The translations under genes were made by a program, and so were the position numbers. From Balanoglossus misakiensis (Eukaryota; Animalia; Hemichordata): DNA of 64,000 nt. The DNA is taken from positions 8,282,043 through 8,346,042 of the forward strand of contig CM082593.2 in NCBI GenBank assembly GCA_040954595.2, given 5' to 3'. Below are positions 26,156 through 41,100 of the stretch, piece by piece. Within the stretch, counting starts at the first letter, position 1, and every line of letters starts with the position of its first letter. The notes below the pieces were generated by a model that worked only from the letters and a program-made list of their open reading frames with translations, searched no databases and was not told the DNA's origin.

Positions 26156-29100
26156 GTAAGTAACGAAGCTCATAGCAATTATCACACGCCAAGGAACTGC
26201 TCAAACGAGTCGGGGACATTGTGTGAATACGAACTCTAAATCCTATGCAATCTTATATGGCCAAATTTACATGTTTTTTTTTTAATTTCATATCCTTAAC
26301 CCCAGCCACAGCCTGGAATGCCTCAAACTTATCCTGGTACTGCTGGCAGTTCCCCATATCCTGGACAACCACCAGCAGCTGGTTATGTAAGTTCAGTAAA
26401 TTCCTTCTCACAGTACCGGTAGTCTCAAATAAACTAGAAAATCTACTAATCTGATAGTTGGTTTAAAGGGACAAAGTCTCTCTCTCGCTGACTTTTTTCC
26501 ATTAATTAATTACAAGACACTGTTTATGTGAACTCTTCCACGTGGCCCCCTACCTTGTCTTACTTGCAAACAGCGACACATGTAATATTTATTGAACTAT
26601 TAGAAACCACATTTGTTATCACAGACTTGAGTAGAGTTGAAACACAAATCTAGTTTGTTTAATCAAGGTACATGTATACAGGTGTCCTAAATTGGTATCC
26701 TCATTCAACAAATTCCACTTCTTGTTGAATGGTGTTATGTTAAAAACATGTAAACAATTCTTTGATTGATTGCACTTACAGAAAACATGACAGTTGAAGT
26801 CATTTTTGTATTGGCCACAACCTGACCCCAATTGACCTGTGATTCAGTTCAGCATTTTATGGCTGATTTTATTGCTGGGATCAGTGGACAGATTTATTAG
26901 TCCTTGTGGCCGAAGTGAAGAGGGGACTAATAGATTCAGTCCAGTCAGTCTGTCTGTCTCCAACTATTCTAAGTGAAACAGTAGAGACTGAATGAATTTA
27001 CAAAGGGACAAAGTCTCTCTCTCGCTGTGAGACACCGTTTATCATGTAAATGTACATGTGGATATGTAGTGAATTAACGTTCAACCACACACAACTTCCA
27101 TCCCGCTTGTATGATATTAGTCAAAATTCACCCAAAATGAACAAATGGTAGAGACCGATTATTCATTTTGGAGAGTTTTTTCACTCTCATGTCTACAAAC
27201 GGGATGGAAGTTGTGTGTGGTCGAACATTGATTCACTATATATATCCACATGTAGAATAACATTAACAGTGTCTTGTATCAAAGATAATTAATGGAAAAA
27301 GGGCAGCGAGAGAGAGACTTTGTCCCTTTTAATGACTGATATTGGCAAATGTTGGTAGTGCAGAAAACTGGCAGTTCAAGCCACTACCGCTTTCACAATA
27401 CTTTGCTGTCTAACAAAAAAAAACTGTAATCCTGTCGTTGTGGATTTCTTATAGCCTCCACCAGCAGGTTTTAGCGGGATGCCGACACCAGAATCAGCAT
27501 CATCTGCAGCAGCATCTGGATATCCTGCCCCAGCCCAGACTGGATACCCACCACAAGGTGGCTACCCTCCTGCACCATACCCTGGCCAACCTGCTGCTCC
27601 GCCACCCCCAGCTCAGGTGAGAATCTCTGTCATCTATTCCATGTAGCAGTGTTGCTTAATGGCATTGCAAAAGCTATAGTATCTGTGAGACCCCCCCCAA
27701 AACAAACAAACAAACAAACAAACAAACAAACAAAAATAGACAAAACAATAAAAAACAAATAACAACAACAACAACAACAACTTAGCCTGTATTTGTTAGC
27801 CTGTATTAGGGTACATCATGTTATCGCCAACTGGTGATTGCTATGCATAGAAAAAATTGAGCACAATTCCTGTCAAAATAACGTACAGAGTTTCGGCATG
27901 GGCACACAGCATCTCAAAAGTCTTGTCTTTGCATGATGTTCAAAGCATTTGGGTGAAAAAATACGTTATAAATATTCATTAATTACCGTGTGTGTATTAT
28001 TGTAGTCAACTGCTGGCATTGCTCTAAATTTTGAAAAAATGAGATTTCTTTTTAAAGCTCCATTAGCTGTAACTTTTCGCTATGTTTTCAGTGCTTTTGT
28101 TTTTTGTATCTACTGCGGTTTCTTGTTCAAATCCCTGAAGCATGATGTAATACCAATTATTATACATCTAGTGCCGAGAACAATAGATTTTGGCGTGCAA
28201 TAAAAAGCCGTACGGAACGGTACGTACGGAACGCGCGTTAAATAAGTTTTAGGTTTCAAGGCGCCCCAACTTACCGTGTACAGGTATGCGTTGTTATGCG
28301 GACGGTTTCAAGGCGCCCCCACTCCAACGCACGTGCGCACACGTAAACAAAAAAGAAAGATGGCTGCTCACTGAGTCAACTGAGCGGTTTTCGATCGATT
28401 GTATCGGCATTTTTGGCGTTTTGAAAGCCAAGTAACATGCAACACAAGAACTAACGGAGATGTAAGATGTATAATAATAAGGTTATTACGAAAATACCGC
28501 AAAGTATGCACTCGGACATTAGCGCAGCGCATCGCCCTCCGCTGCGCGTCGGGCGATACTCAGCGCTAATGTCCTTGTGCATACTTTGCAGTATTTTCGT
28601 AATAACCTCATAGTATCCAGCTTATTAACAGGGTATATTAGCATGCTGTTTGGAGTAGAACAAGAAATTGCCTTTGGTACACAGAAGAAAAATGCTGAAA
28701 TTAAAACCAAAAGTTACAGCTGATGTCCCTTCCAGTAAATGGTCAAAATTGGACACTCAGGAAAATGGAATTTGTAGTTACATTCTAACTAAGACTAGGT
28801 AGAAATGAGAACATTTAAAATATAAAAAAAAATGTTTGAATTCAATCAGTATCCCCCAGGAACATATTCTGGAACAAATCCTAGTTTGCCCTACCCCTCC
28901 TCGCCCTATGGACAAACACCTTCCAGTACTTCGGTAAGTTGTCAAAACAAGATGCTTAGCCATCTCTTAAAAGTTGTTGTTGTGCGTAACATACTTTGAT
29001 AAGGTTGGACTATGTGTTGATTGCGCTTGCCAATCAGAAAGGTAGGGGACTATCCTGAGAAATATGCATGCTTATCACATTCCAGCAGTGTTTTTCTTGA

Positions 29101-32100
29101 CACTTTCGCATGATATTCTGGAGGAGAAGATGTTCAAAACTGTAAAAGGAAAATATGTTTGCTATCATTTTTGGATATAGCTGTCTCAGCCACAAGAAAC
29201 AATGAATCTTTTCAGAAGTTTTGATGACATCATTCAATTAGGAATAGCACTAAAAAATTTCATTTTTGACAATTTGTTTCTTAATTTCTTACAAAGATTG
29301 TTTGAACAGGGAAGCATTTTCCCTTTAGAAACATAATGGTAATATATCAAATTTTTCAAACATATAGTTTGAAAGACTGACAATTTGCATATGGCATACA
29401 CAATGTTACTAATATATTCAAAACCTTGCAGAAGACGCCTCTTTCCTATTTTTTGTGTGTGTTCATCTGAATATTTACCAGAAAAATATGGAGAAAATTT
29501 AAACAAACTGTTTTTATATGAAGTCCCCTACCTTTTAAATTGCTTTGTTTCAAGATGTTGGTCACATGACTTCTAACCACTTGTTTCTCTAACTGTTACT
29601 GTGTATGTAATATATCATAACTCGTCAGGGATTTTCTGTCCCACACTCGCCTGCTGCTTGTGTGGGACAGAAAATCCCCAACTGAGATTTATGATCTCAG
29701 GTCCTTGGGAGTGTGAGATTCTATTAATCCATATTGCATGCTTACATCAAACTTCAAAGGGTCATTCACATGCCCGTTCAAGGAGGGGCATTTTATTTTT
29801 CAATTCAAATATTTATAAGTAAAGTCTTGTATTATAGAATGTTGCAACTTTTTAGCTCAGAAATTCCTTATGAATTTTTCAAAGGCAAATCAGTATTGCT
29901 TTGCAATGTTTGAGTTTAAAATATTTGTGCTGTAGTAGTATAGAAGTAATTGCTAATTCTATGAACATACAGTGCCCCCCCCCCAGTGATTGCAAATGTA
30001 CATGCACGGCCACACACATATATAGATTATATGAAAAAATGTCAAATTTTTAATCAATTGTAGGGCAAGTGCAGTTTTCTTAAGGACAAGTGAAATTGTA
30101 AAGTCACTTGAATTTGTGAATTTATGAAAATATTCTCGAGGCCTGTAATACATGTTCTAAATGTGTGGTTGTCGATTAGTATCGAACATTGATCAGTATC
30201 AGCCCAAATATAACTGTTTTATGTCACAGTTGACTTCAACAATTCTGATCAAATGGAAGCACAGTGCCCTTGGTGCTATTTTCCTTATGCCAAGAACATT
30301 CATATAGCAAGCGGCACTGCAGACAGCCTGTGCCTTGGCCAAAGTACACTGGGTTTTCACGTTTCAAGGGCAATTTGAGACAAAAACTAGCATAGTTTGT
30401 CCTGTTCATGATTGTTTTTGTTTTTCATTTCATATTTGACATAATCCATAATATATTCAGTTGTTATGCATGACTGTGTCCAATCGCAATGTCTGTTACA
30501 TTCCATGAGTATAAGACACTCTCTCTCACATTGCCATTCATTAGCACATGGGTGGAACTCCATATCCATCTCAACCATATGGAAGTAGCCAGCCGTATGG
30601 AAATGTCCCTCCGGCAGCAGCGGTAAGTTCAAGATGCAGTAGAAGCCATCTTCATTTCGGTATTGCCATATTCTGTGACTCACCATCATGTCACATGACC
30701 TCTATTGCATTCAGTGTGTTTATGTAACCATCCACCTTTTTTACCTTGGTCTTTGTGTGGCTATCTTTCCCCTAAGTTCTATCAAATGCCAATAATAAAT
30801 GTTTCTATTTTCTTATTGTCCCACTGCTTTCTGATATGACTCTATAAATACTGTAAAACGGGAAATTTTCACGAACGATAAATTTTCGCGAACTACGCTA
30901 GCTTTCGCAAACTACTGCCTAACTGTAGTCAAAGGAGCTCAGTTATCTTGGTATAAGACTTCGCATGCATGGCTATACTAACCAAAGGCATGCTTTATTA
31001 TTTGCTTAAATTAAATATATTTTATGTCTGTGGGGTGTTGCAAAAGCTCACTTATCCCATAATTAAGTTAAAATGTTTTGTATGCTCTATTGATGTGCAG
31101 GTTTTGTCCATTTTATATACTCGTTAATATGCTATATAATTTACATTGTTATGCAACTACTGCCATAAGCTATTGCGTTCAATTGCACAATTATTTTATA
31201 TAGTGTACAGTATGCAAGGACCCACCACATGTACAGGTGATGCACTCAAGTGCATGTGTACCGTGTACTGAGCGACTGAAGCAACCTACTTTTGCCTGGG
31301 TGCCTTCAACTGTTTTATTTCGTTGGGCTTCTCAAAATTGACTGTACAAATGTGTAACTGGATAACATGAACATTAAAGGGACACAGTCTCTCTCTCCCT
31401 GCCCTTTTCCATTAATTACCGTATGTCTGATACAAGACACCGTTTATGTTATTCTACATGTGGATATATACATGTACATGTAGTGAATCAACATTCGACC
31501 ACACACACCTTCCATCCCGCTTGTAGACATGAAGCGAAAAACTCACCAAAATGAATAATCGGTCTCTACCATTTATTCGTTTTGGGTGAGTTTTTACTCT
31601 CATAACATATAAGAAGTATGGAAGTTGTGTGTGGTTCAATTACTATATATCCACATGTACATTAACATAAACAGTATCTTTTATCAAACATAATTAATGG
31701 GAAAAGGGCAGTGAGAGAGACTTTGTCCCTTTAATGTAACCCAATGCAATGAAAAGGACCCATCTATGAATGACTTTCCCAGTATTTTGTGTCCAGATCC
31801 CTAGTCTTTTCATGGCCGTACTTCGTGAATTAATCCTATAATATTTCTCTGAACTTTTCTAACTTACAAGGGGCTTTCATTTTGAAAAACAAGCTTTGTC
31901 TGTTTTGTTTAACCCGATAACCGCAAATTCTAGGCAATAATTTTTTCAGTAACAGTCTATGTAATCTACCAATTTTTTCTGCCATTGTTATATTTCTGTG
32001 AAAATATGATGAAGAAGATGTGTTTGATAATTTCACCTTGTAGCTAGGTGCAAAAATAACATTAAATTCCCTTCTTTTCTGGTGATTTCAGTATCAGGCA

Positions 32101-35100
32101 CCACCAGGAAGTCAGACAATACCGCCACCACAGGCAGCACATCGATCACACAGTCCATCAGGATACCCAACTGCTGCAGCTGTAACAACTCAAATGGGGC
32201 ACATGTCAATCAAACAAACTAAGGTAAGAACTTATCCAAGTCTATCAGTCACAATTTGATTGAAGCTTTTTGATTTGTGATGTTTGATTCATGTTTATAT
32301 CTATCATCAGTGCTGTGATGGATCTCTCAAAATCATCAGCGAAGTTCATCATTGCATTCAGTAGTTGCAGATACATTACGTTTTCAACTGAATCACTGGT
32401 TTTAATTAATATCATTAAGAATACAGTCATAAAGTGTGTCAGATGGACATCTATGAATGGAGACCAGTACTGAATGAGTCTGAACTCAGTCTTGTGTTAT
32501 TGGATGGATAGTCGTGTGTACAGTACGTAATCTGTGACTGTGTATTATTCTGTATTCAGTTCTCTCTGTGTGTCTGGCTGTGTGTGTCTGTGTCTATGTG
32601 TGTCTTTCTCAGTGGGTATAAAGCTATATACCATTGTTATCATGGTAAATTGTACCACATGGTACATCCTTCACTCACTCACTCACTCTTGTCAAAATAC
32701 AACCTTTCATGCTTTCTTCAAGAAATTTTTACAACAGGATATTTTCCTTTCAAAGCAATATGGAAAACCATTGTAAAAGATGCTATCAATGATAAAGAAT
32801 ACAATCTTTGGAAACAACACTATAGCACAATTGTTTACAGACTTGTGAATACATTGTTGAAGATTCCCTAACACACCTGGTAACTTTTTGTAGTAATACC
32901 TTCAAACAAAGAGAGATTTTCTAGACAACAGTCTTTGATAAAATTAGTGTAACTTTTGCTGCAACTTTATTCATTTAAGATTAAATAAGAACACGATTCC
33001 ATTTCTTTGATCACTTTATGTGACAACAATAACCGAACAAGTACAGAGCAAGTACAGTTGAAAATGTGAGGGTGTCTTGCAATGCATCATGGTCGCGCAT
33101 GCGCATTAACACAAGGATTGTCTATCGTATCATGTAAAGTCTGCTGTGACGTAATGTTCTCTAAAGATGGTACAGAATTTACTATATGCATATTTTCCAA
33201 GATAATCAGCATAATTTCCAACAATACGATTTCAAGAATTGACTCTAAAACTTATACAATCGTGTCTGGATGCCTAAGCTTGATATAGTAGCATAAAATA
33301 TATCACCAGTTATTGTTTGACTTCCCCAATAAATGCTGTTTTGATGGTTACAAATTATAGTTACGCAAAATGGTTCTATTGTAAAAAAAAATTTGTTTGC
33401 TATTTACCGGTACCTACTTATGTATTTAATACTATCCATTTGTTGTAACTCTTCTTTTTCTGAGGAGGAATAAAGAAACAACAACTCACTCACTCACTCA
33501 CTCACTCAGTCAATCAATCAATCAGTCAATCAATCGATCGATCGATCGGTCGGTTGGTCGATCAACCAACCAACCAACCAGATAGTCAGTCAGTCAGTCA
33601 ATCAATTAGTCAATCAATCAACCAACCGACCAATCAATCAAAAACATAATTGTGTAACATTTAATCAGTGTCAATTAATAGAACTAATATCACCTGAAGT
33701 GTGTCTAGATACATGCTGCGGTAATTACTGTACTCTTATATTACCGGTAGTCGGGTCAGAATAATATATATCGATTTCTTCTATGAAGTATTTCATGGAA
33801 AACTATTATCAAGTATTTTCCGGGAAACTAGGATTTGCCATTTCATACAGACTCAAAGTGAAATACATTGCCATCATTGGATACTAATTTTATGTTTATC
33901 TCCCTGCCATTTTGTAAAATTTTCATTATATTAAATTACATGTACTTCAATTTAGCATTGTTGAGTTATAGTCAAATAATTGAGGAAATCATTCTAGTTC
34001 TCATAATTAATTGAGAATTCCTTTCTGGTTTGTCTTCAATGTTTTCAAAATACCTCATTTCCATTAGGTTTGTATCGTTTAATGAAATAATGCTTTCTTT
34101 ATTAAAATAGATTTCAAAGAATATTATAATCCGATCTTGTGAAATTTGAGCAAGCTTATTTCTGACATTACATAATGCATTTTTGAAACGTCTGTTTGTG
34201 TAGCATTAGAACAACATAGTTGGTTAAGGTCAGTGTTTCCTAAGTGATGATTGCTATGTTAAGCTCAGTGATCATATTAACTAAAATTAGTTAGTTGACA
34301 TTCACACTTAAGTCGTTTCATTCATACCTGGAGGATTAATTTTGAAAAAAAAGTAAGACTGATAAAATCTCTCCATTTTCTGCATTATAACCTTACACCC
34401 TAATATTTTGAAGAAACTCAACATATCTCCTGTAGACTTTTTAAGGATTAAAATTGCCAGAAATAGGTGCCGGGATAATTTTTTAAATCAAGTAAAATGG
34501 AAAGTTTTGCTAATTTTCTTTGAATGAGAAAGAATCTAGGATCGTACAAATCGAACAGACACATGTGTTTTGTACCGTTGGCCAGTTATGTCACACATAT
34601 TGCGCAGCTTTATTTTAAAATGTCTCAACTCCTGTCACAAGTCAAAATGTTTTTTGAAATCTAACCATAATTGACAGTTTGCTGATTATAGAGGTGATTT
34701 CCCTATTGTCGGTTGTCATGACAGCACATCAGTGAAACAACAAGTGGGCCACAGTTTTAAATATGCTAATCGCAGTCAAACTCTTTGCAAGCAATGTGGG
34801 TGGTCATTTCTCACAGGATAGCATCACTTAACTTGAACATGCAGTCTGATCGGTTCCAACAGCATTTTGTTGGAGAACAGATATTCTACACTGTGCCTCA
34901 GTTGTTGAAGGTTGTGGAGTGCCAGAGTGCTTGCTAACGACATTGTTTTAAAATTTACAAGTTGGAAAATCATCTAGTAATGATAAGTAAGAGTAATGTC
35001 ACCCAGCATTGAATTAAAATAGACTTTCTTTGGAGTAGAAAATGTCAGTCCCAGATTGGTTAAATTAGTCAATATATTTTTTTCATAAAATTGTTGTAGG

Positions 35101-38100
35101 CAGGAGTTGAGAGGAGATAGCTGACAGATTCCTGTGCCAGCTCTGATCAAACTTGATTCCAAGATGTCCTGATAATTAGTGATAGATTAACGATATTATC
35201 AATATTTGTTTTAAAATCATTTAAGCCAATGGTCAAAAAATAAATCATCAATATTCCATTTTGGGTCAAATGAGAACCAATGGTGGAATAGATGCTGGTA
35301 TATAAATGGAGAGCTTCTCAGCAGATGCTTCTCCAGTCCGTTTAGAATATTCAATCAGTTCGGTTCATGAACCCCGCCCACTCTGTTTATAATCACAATG
35401 GGCAATTGGTGTAGTGAGACATTCGACATACCATTCATGATGGCTACATCTGCAGAGGTAAGCTGCGTGTTTTTGTGTTGGAAATTCTACTGCTAGCCAG
35501 GATTCAACCTCAGAGTGTAAATTTTTTTGGCAGTAAGAGTGTTTAGGGAAATGTTTTTTGTGACTCGGGAGTCGAATTGGAGGTAGACTTTGAAGTTTAG
35601 TGTGTGCTGAGTTACGGCCGTTCTTGAACATGCACTACTCGGGATTTAAATGCCTGTACATCACAGTCTACCTGTGGTCTAGCTACACCACCCTGTATAT
35701 ATACACAATGGAATTGTTTCTACACAGCGCATTTTGTTCTTGACATTATATAATGATCTGGTGAAAGTGAATCTTTGGTCTTGAAATCCATTCAAGGTTG
35801 CTAGCTGCTGTAGCTATTGCATATGTACACATATGACGATCCTGGGGGTTAGTTTTGTAGCTCAGAATGTGTACCTAGTAGGAAACGCCCTTGTGAGCAG
35901 TTGACTATTCACGGCCAGAAAGTAAATTTTAAGTGCACTGTGTGCATTCATATTTGTGTCGTAAATCTTCAAGGCTTATTGCCATGTTCCATTTACATGT
36001 AGTTGTTTCCAACAATCAGCTATTATGCTGTTCTTGTTGAAACTGAGACTCAGCTAAAGGTCAGACTCTTCCAGTTTCCATTTTTAACAATGCATGTCCG
36101 TTTCGAAACATTATAGTGCATGTACTGTAACCTTGAGATAAGAAGTCATTTATGACCTTTGACCTCATTCACTGGGCTTGCCGTGTCTGGTAATTGACTG
36201 GCTGTGTCGCAGGGATGTGTGTTTTACAGCTATGCCTCCACACCACACCTATTTGTGTGGATGCGTATATCTGTAAGACACTGAGCCCTGGCACACAGGA
36301 TTCCACCTCAGAATGTCATTGGCCATTAAATGGACAAAGTCTCTCTCTTGCTGCCCTTTTTTCCATTAATTATATTTGATACAAGACGCCGTTTGTTATT
36401 CTACATGTGGATATATAGTGAATGAACGTTCAACCACACACAACTTCCATCCCACTTGTAGACAGGAGAGTGAAAAAAACTCGCCAAAATGAATAATCGT
36501 TCCTTACCATTTATTCATTTTGGGCGAGTTTTTACTCTCATATCATACAAGTGGGATGGAAGTTGTGTGTGGTTGAACATTGATTCACTATATATCCACA
36601 TTTACATTAACATAAATGGTGTCTTGTATCAAACATAATTAATGGAAAAAAGGGCAGCTGGAGAGAGACTTTGTCCCTTTAAAGCCTCTAGAGCTGCCAA
36701 ATTTCACATATTGTTTTCCACAATAAAATACTTAAAATATATTGCCTATCCTCTAAAATCCTCACCATTAAGCCATATTACTTGCATTTGCATCAGTTTG
36801 TCATCTCTTGGCGACGCACACCACGATAGCTGCGTACTGTTTGTATGGAGGGTTATTAAATTTGTGTGGAACCGTTTTAATACATAGCATGTTTAAATTG
36901 CAACATACAGCCACAATAGGGCGTTGATGAGATGTTCATGTATAACAATCACTAAGCTTATAATTTGTTATATCGATGTACCAATCAAGTTGGAAAATAA
37001 AATCCTGAAAATAATGCGAAATGTGGCAGCTCTAGAGGCTTTAAAACAACTAGGATTCACTCCCCACTTGTCTACTTCCTCAATAAACACCTGTCCACTG
37101 CCCTGTAGCTTGTTCTTGATTTATTGTCAGTTCTTCATGGACCCTATCTGATTGTTATATGTATGTACACTCTCCTACATCTGAAGTTCAATTTGGCTAT
37201 AACATGTTTTAAGGATGTACCATATTTCTTACGTTGTATGATTAACTGCAAATGAGACATGTTGTCCCAAGATGCCTTCAGGAATGATTGATTTTTGATG
37301 GAATTACAAATGTGTGGTCACATTCCCTATTCCAGCTTTCACACAACATATTTGTATTGTATTCATGACATGTACGTATGTGTGTTAAGCCTCACTGAGA
37401 ATGTCAAATATTCTGCTGTCTAAACAGTCTCATTCATTGATAATCTTTAAAGTTGACGATAAATACAACGTTGGAAGTTTCAACTTAAAAATGTGTAACT
37501 GAATAATGGAGAAAAATTGAATGCCATTTAATCTACCCATTTAATATCACTGTTAAAGTGGATGGATCAATGCAAGTATTAAGCTATCAAAAGATTGATA
37601 CATGATCATAGAAAATACAAGCATATGTATACCGGTATTCCAACAGGTGGCAGAGAAAGTTTTCCTCTTCAGGCTATGCCAAGAATTTCAAATATTTATA
37701 GTCAGTGTAAACGATGACTCAGAAACATTCACCAGACCATTTCATAAAATAATTATTATGTTCAGTCCAGGCTGACGTGGCTGGGACATTCAGTATCTCT
37801 TTTGAACCATGACCATCAAGTAGGGTAATTACAAATGTCAAATACAGCTAGTACATTGATGAATCAATCAATGTTAAATGGTATAATTACTGGCTGACAG
37901 CCATTTGTATGGTGCAAGAACTGGGCTATTGTGAAGTATTTGTTTCACATTTTGGAAGAATTTTTAGCATGTTATTAGAGATATCAACACAAAAATTGGG
38001 TTGATTTGAACCTGCCTGACCCCCCCCCCCCAAAATGGGGTGGCAATAACCAGGCAGCACAACTGAGTCTATTGACACCTGGGTGCCAGGCCTGGGTGTC

Positions 38101-41100
38101 ATTAGACTCGATCTTCTTTGAATCTGGTTTCAGTTTTGTGTCAATTCAAGGGGTTGTAAAGAAACTAAGTCAATCAGCCAAAGCAGTTATGCATAGCTAA
38201 ACGAAGACTTTCAAGAATGTGCTGGTGTGTCCTTGTTGCCAGGGCTGTATCCATAGCGACAGGGATGTTAAGAAATAATGTCACTAATATTTCTAGGACA
38301 CACCCATGTATTCACTCATGTGCATGCTGTATAAACTCCTGTGTATCTCAGCACTACATTATGTAAACATTGTAGTAGTGACATACTTTTGCATTTGAGG
38401 AAAATTCATGTGTGTGATATTTTGAGCAGTGCTTTTCTAATACGTGTTATTTTTCCTGAAGAATAATGAAAATGATACTGCAGTACAAATGGTTTATTTA
38501 GCAGAAACTAAAAGTTCTATCTGAACAAATGCATTCAGGGATCAATAATGTAGTTTATTATGTGACGTTATGATCCAAGAACATAAGAAGTTTGTGTTTA
38601 AGCAATAAAACACCCCCAGCCATGGTATACCACGAGATTTTGACCAGTTCACGACATATACGCACGAGCGATAGCGAGTGCGTATATTGAGTTGAACTGG
38701 TCAAAATCGAGTGGTATACCATGGCTGGGGGTGTTTTATTGCTATTATATTATGCCAGTATATTGAAACTTTGCATAAAACATTTTTAAAAGGCATTTTC
38801 TTTGACTATGATATATGACTGTGGTATATGGCTAATATATCACGGTCACGTGTCGTGTCTGACCAATCAAATAGCGTGATTTACACCATCAATATACTGG
38901 TATAATATAATTTACAATAGTCAACTACTTGTTTTCAACTTTCAAGTCAAGTGATAATTATACAGCACTAATGTGCTGAATGTTGGTTAGAAGTATTGGC
39001 TGAATAGGGCATGTAGCAGTTGATATAAACGCTAATTTTTGAAGTACATGTATTTATTGGAGTTTTGCAAAGAAAACTTACTTGTGGGTACTATATGTAC
39101 TAGTAGTAGTATACAGTATTTGGATAATGGAAAATACACATATCCCATGCATGCAAACATAAGAGGTTTAACAACTCATGTTACAATAATGTTACATTCA
39201 TTAATTTTTGGTCATCTTTTTTGATAAATTCATTTTTGAAATAGTTTCACCCCAAACATTCCAGCTAGATCATCTTATTTATGGTAACGTAACTACATGT
39301 ATGCATGTACCGGTATACGTGTATTAAGATTTAAACTATAATGAAAATGTCTGCAATTCTGTTTTGTGTAATTGCTATTCTAACATGGTCGCTTATTATA
39401 GTAGGGCTAAATTTCAACCACACGAGGTTCCCTTGTATGACAGGTTTGAGTGAAATTAAAATGAATTGATTGTATGAGTGGGTTGAGTATGGTTGGTGAG
39501 AGAGACATAGTGTTAACATTGTTTTCACATCCTGTAGTGCATCTTCTTAGTACACATTTTAACCTGAACTTTCTGATTGAAAAGTGAAAAACATTTTCAG
39601 TTAAAAAAAACAATCTTTAGATTTGGTTACGCGTATTTTAATTGATCCTTTGTATTAACCTCCCACCTTTGACCTCTGACACACACTGTAACTGATCTTC
39701 ACTTTGAGTTTGAGTGTAAAGACAAGAAATGATGCATGAATGGCATTCTTCTCTATGTGTGCAGAAAAAGAAGAAAAACAAGAAAAAGGACAAACGGTCA
39801 TCGTCCTCATCATCATCATCATCATCGTCCTCCTCCTCATCTTCATCCAGTTCGGATGGCAAAAAATGCAAAAAGCATAAAAATAAAAAGAAACATAAGG
39901 TCAAAGTGCATAAAGTTCACGTGATCCATTAAAAGGTGCAGCAGTGTACAACTCTCAATCAACGAGGCATAGTAGCTAGAGTGTAATAAATAGATTAGTT
40001 CTTCTATAGGGTGAAAAAATTCGGGGGGGGGGGGGGGGTTATCAGGATTAGTAATGTATTGACACATGAATCCAATGAATCTGGCTATACACACCCTTTT
40101 CATAACGCTAGCGCCCTCCTGCAGCCATCATGAATTTGAACTCAAAGTGAGGCCAATGGGGAAACACCCTTGATGTGATTGGTCAACTTTTCCCCATTGG
40201 CCTCGCTTTCAGTTCAAATCCATGATGGCTGCACGAGGGCGCTAGCCTTATGAATATGGTCCATTGTACTAGGCCATGTTGTTGTCACGTGTTGATAATC
40301 CTCTGACCCAAGATAATAATTGACATTCTTGGACTCCAAACCATGGATTTGCTACTTGGACCTTGTATTTTTGTTAACAGCCACTCTGAATAGTTGATGT
40401 AGTGATGACAGTTTATCTATTTTGTACTTCTGCTCATTCACCCTCTCCAAAATTTGGTTCAACCCAATTCTTTTCGTTGGCAGTATGCATTTACAGTGAA
40501 ATGAGGAGATTGTGATCTTGGCAGATGACTATTCATTTATTGGTCTCTCAGAATGTTCAAAGTCTTGAAAGACTAATAGATCAGGTTCTGCTTTGTCCAT
40601 CTGTCTGTCTGTTTGTTTGTTCCCAGCCACTATTCAGACATGCTTTGATCAATTTTCTGAAAACATAGTACAAGGACATGTATTTATGGACATCAATTTA
40701 TGTTGCAGTATTAATAATATGGCCACCAGGCATCTGTTATATTATGATAATATTTTTATGTCTAGAGCCATTACTCAGACATGACTGAATAGATTCTCTC
40801 AACCTTGGTACTAAACAATATCGTATGATCTATATATGCATCTCACTTTGTGCTGTGATATGATCCAGTATGGCCTAAAGGTTGCAATTTCGTTGCAAAT
40901 TTTCATGTTGAGAGACGAACGTTAATAAGTGATTCACTTGAACCTTCGGACTATCCGAGTGATCTGGATGTCAGCTGGTTTGTTGTGAGATTTTCATATC
41001 AGGAGTTTTACTTAGGATTTCTCTGTGGCATGGCAACAGGAAAATTTAGTGTGGTTGTTTCAAGACTGATACACGGATTCAAGTTTGGAATGGCAAGAAC

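Noticed and set aside
25872-26219. Repetitive ORFs in other frames ([18 protein letters not shown]) and a possible CRISPR-like periodicity
   Set aside because: Shadows of the annexin GGYPPQQPG coding repeat; no unique spacers; eukaryotic context.
39638-39904. Minus-strand poly-Asp/Glu ORF and plus-strand poly-His frame
   Set aside because: Alternative readings of the same tract; only the plus-strand Lys/Ser frame has a phase-compatible acceptor in the host gene's orientation.
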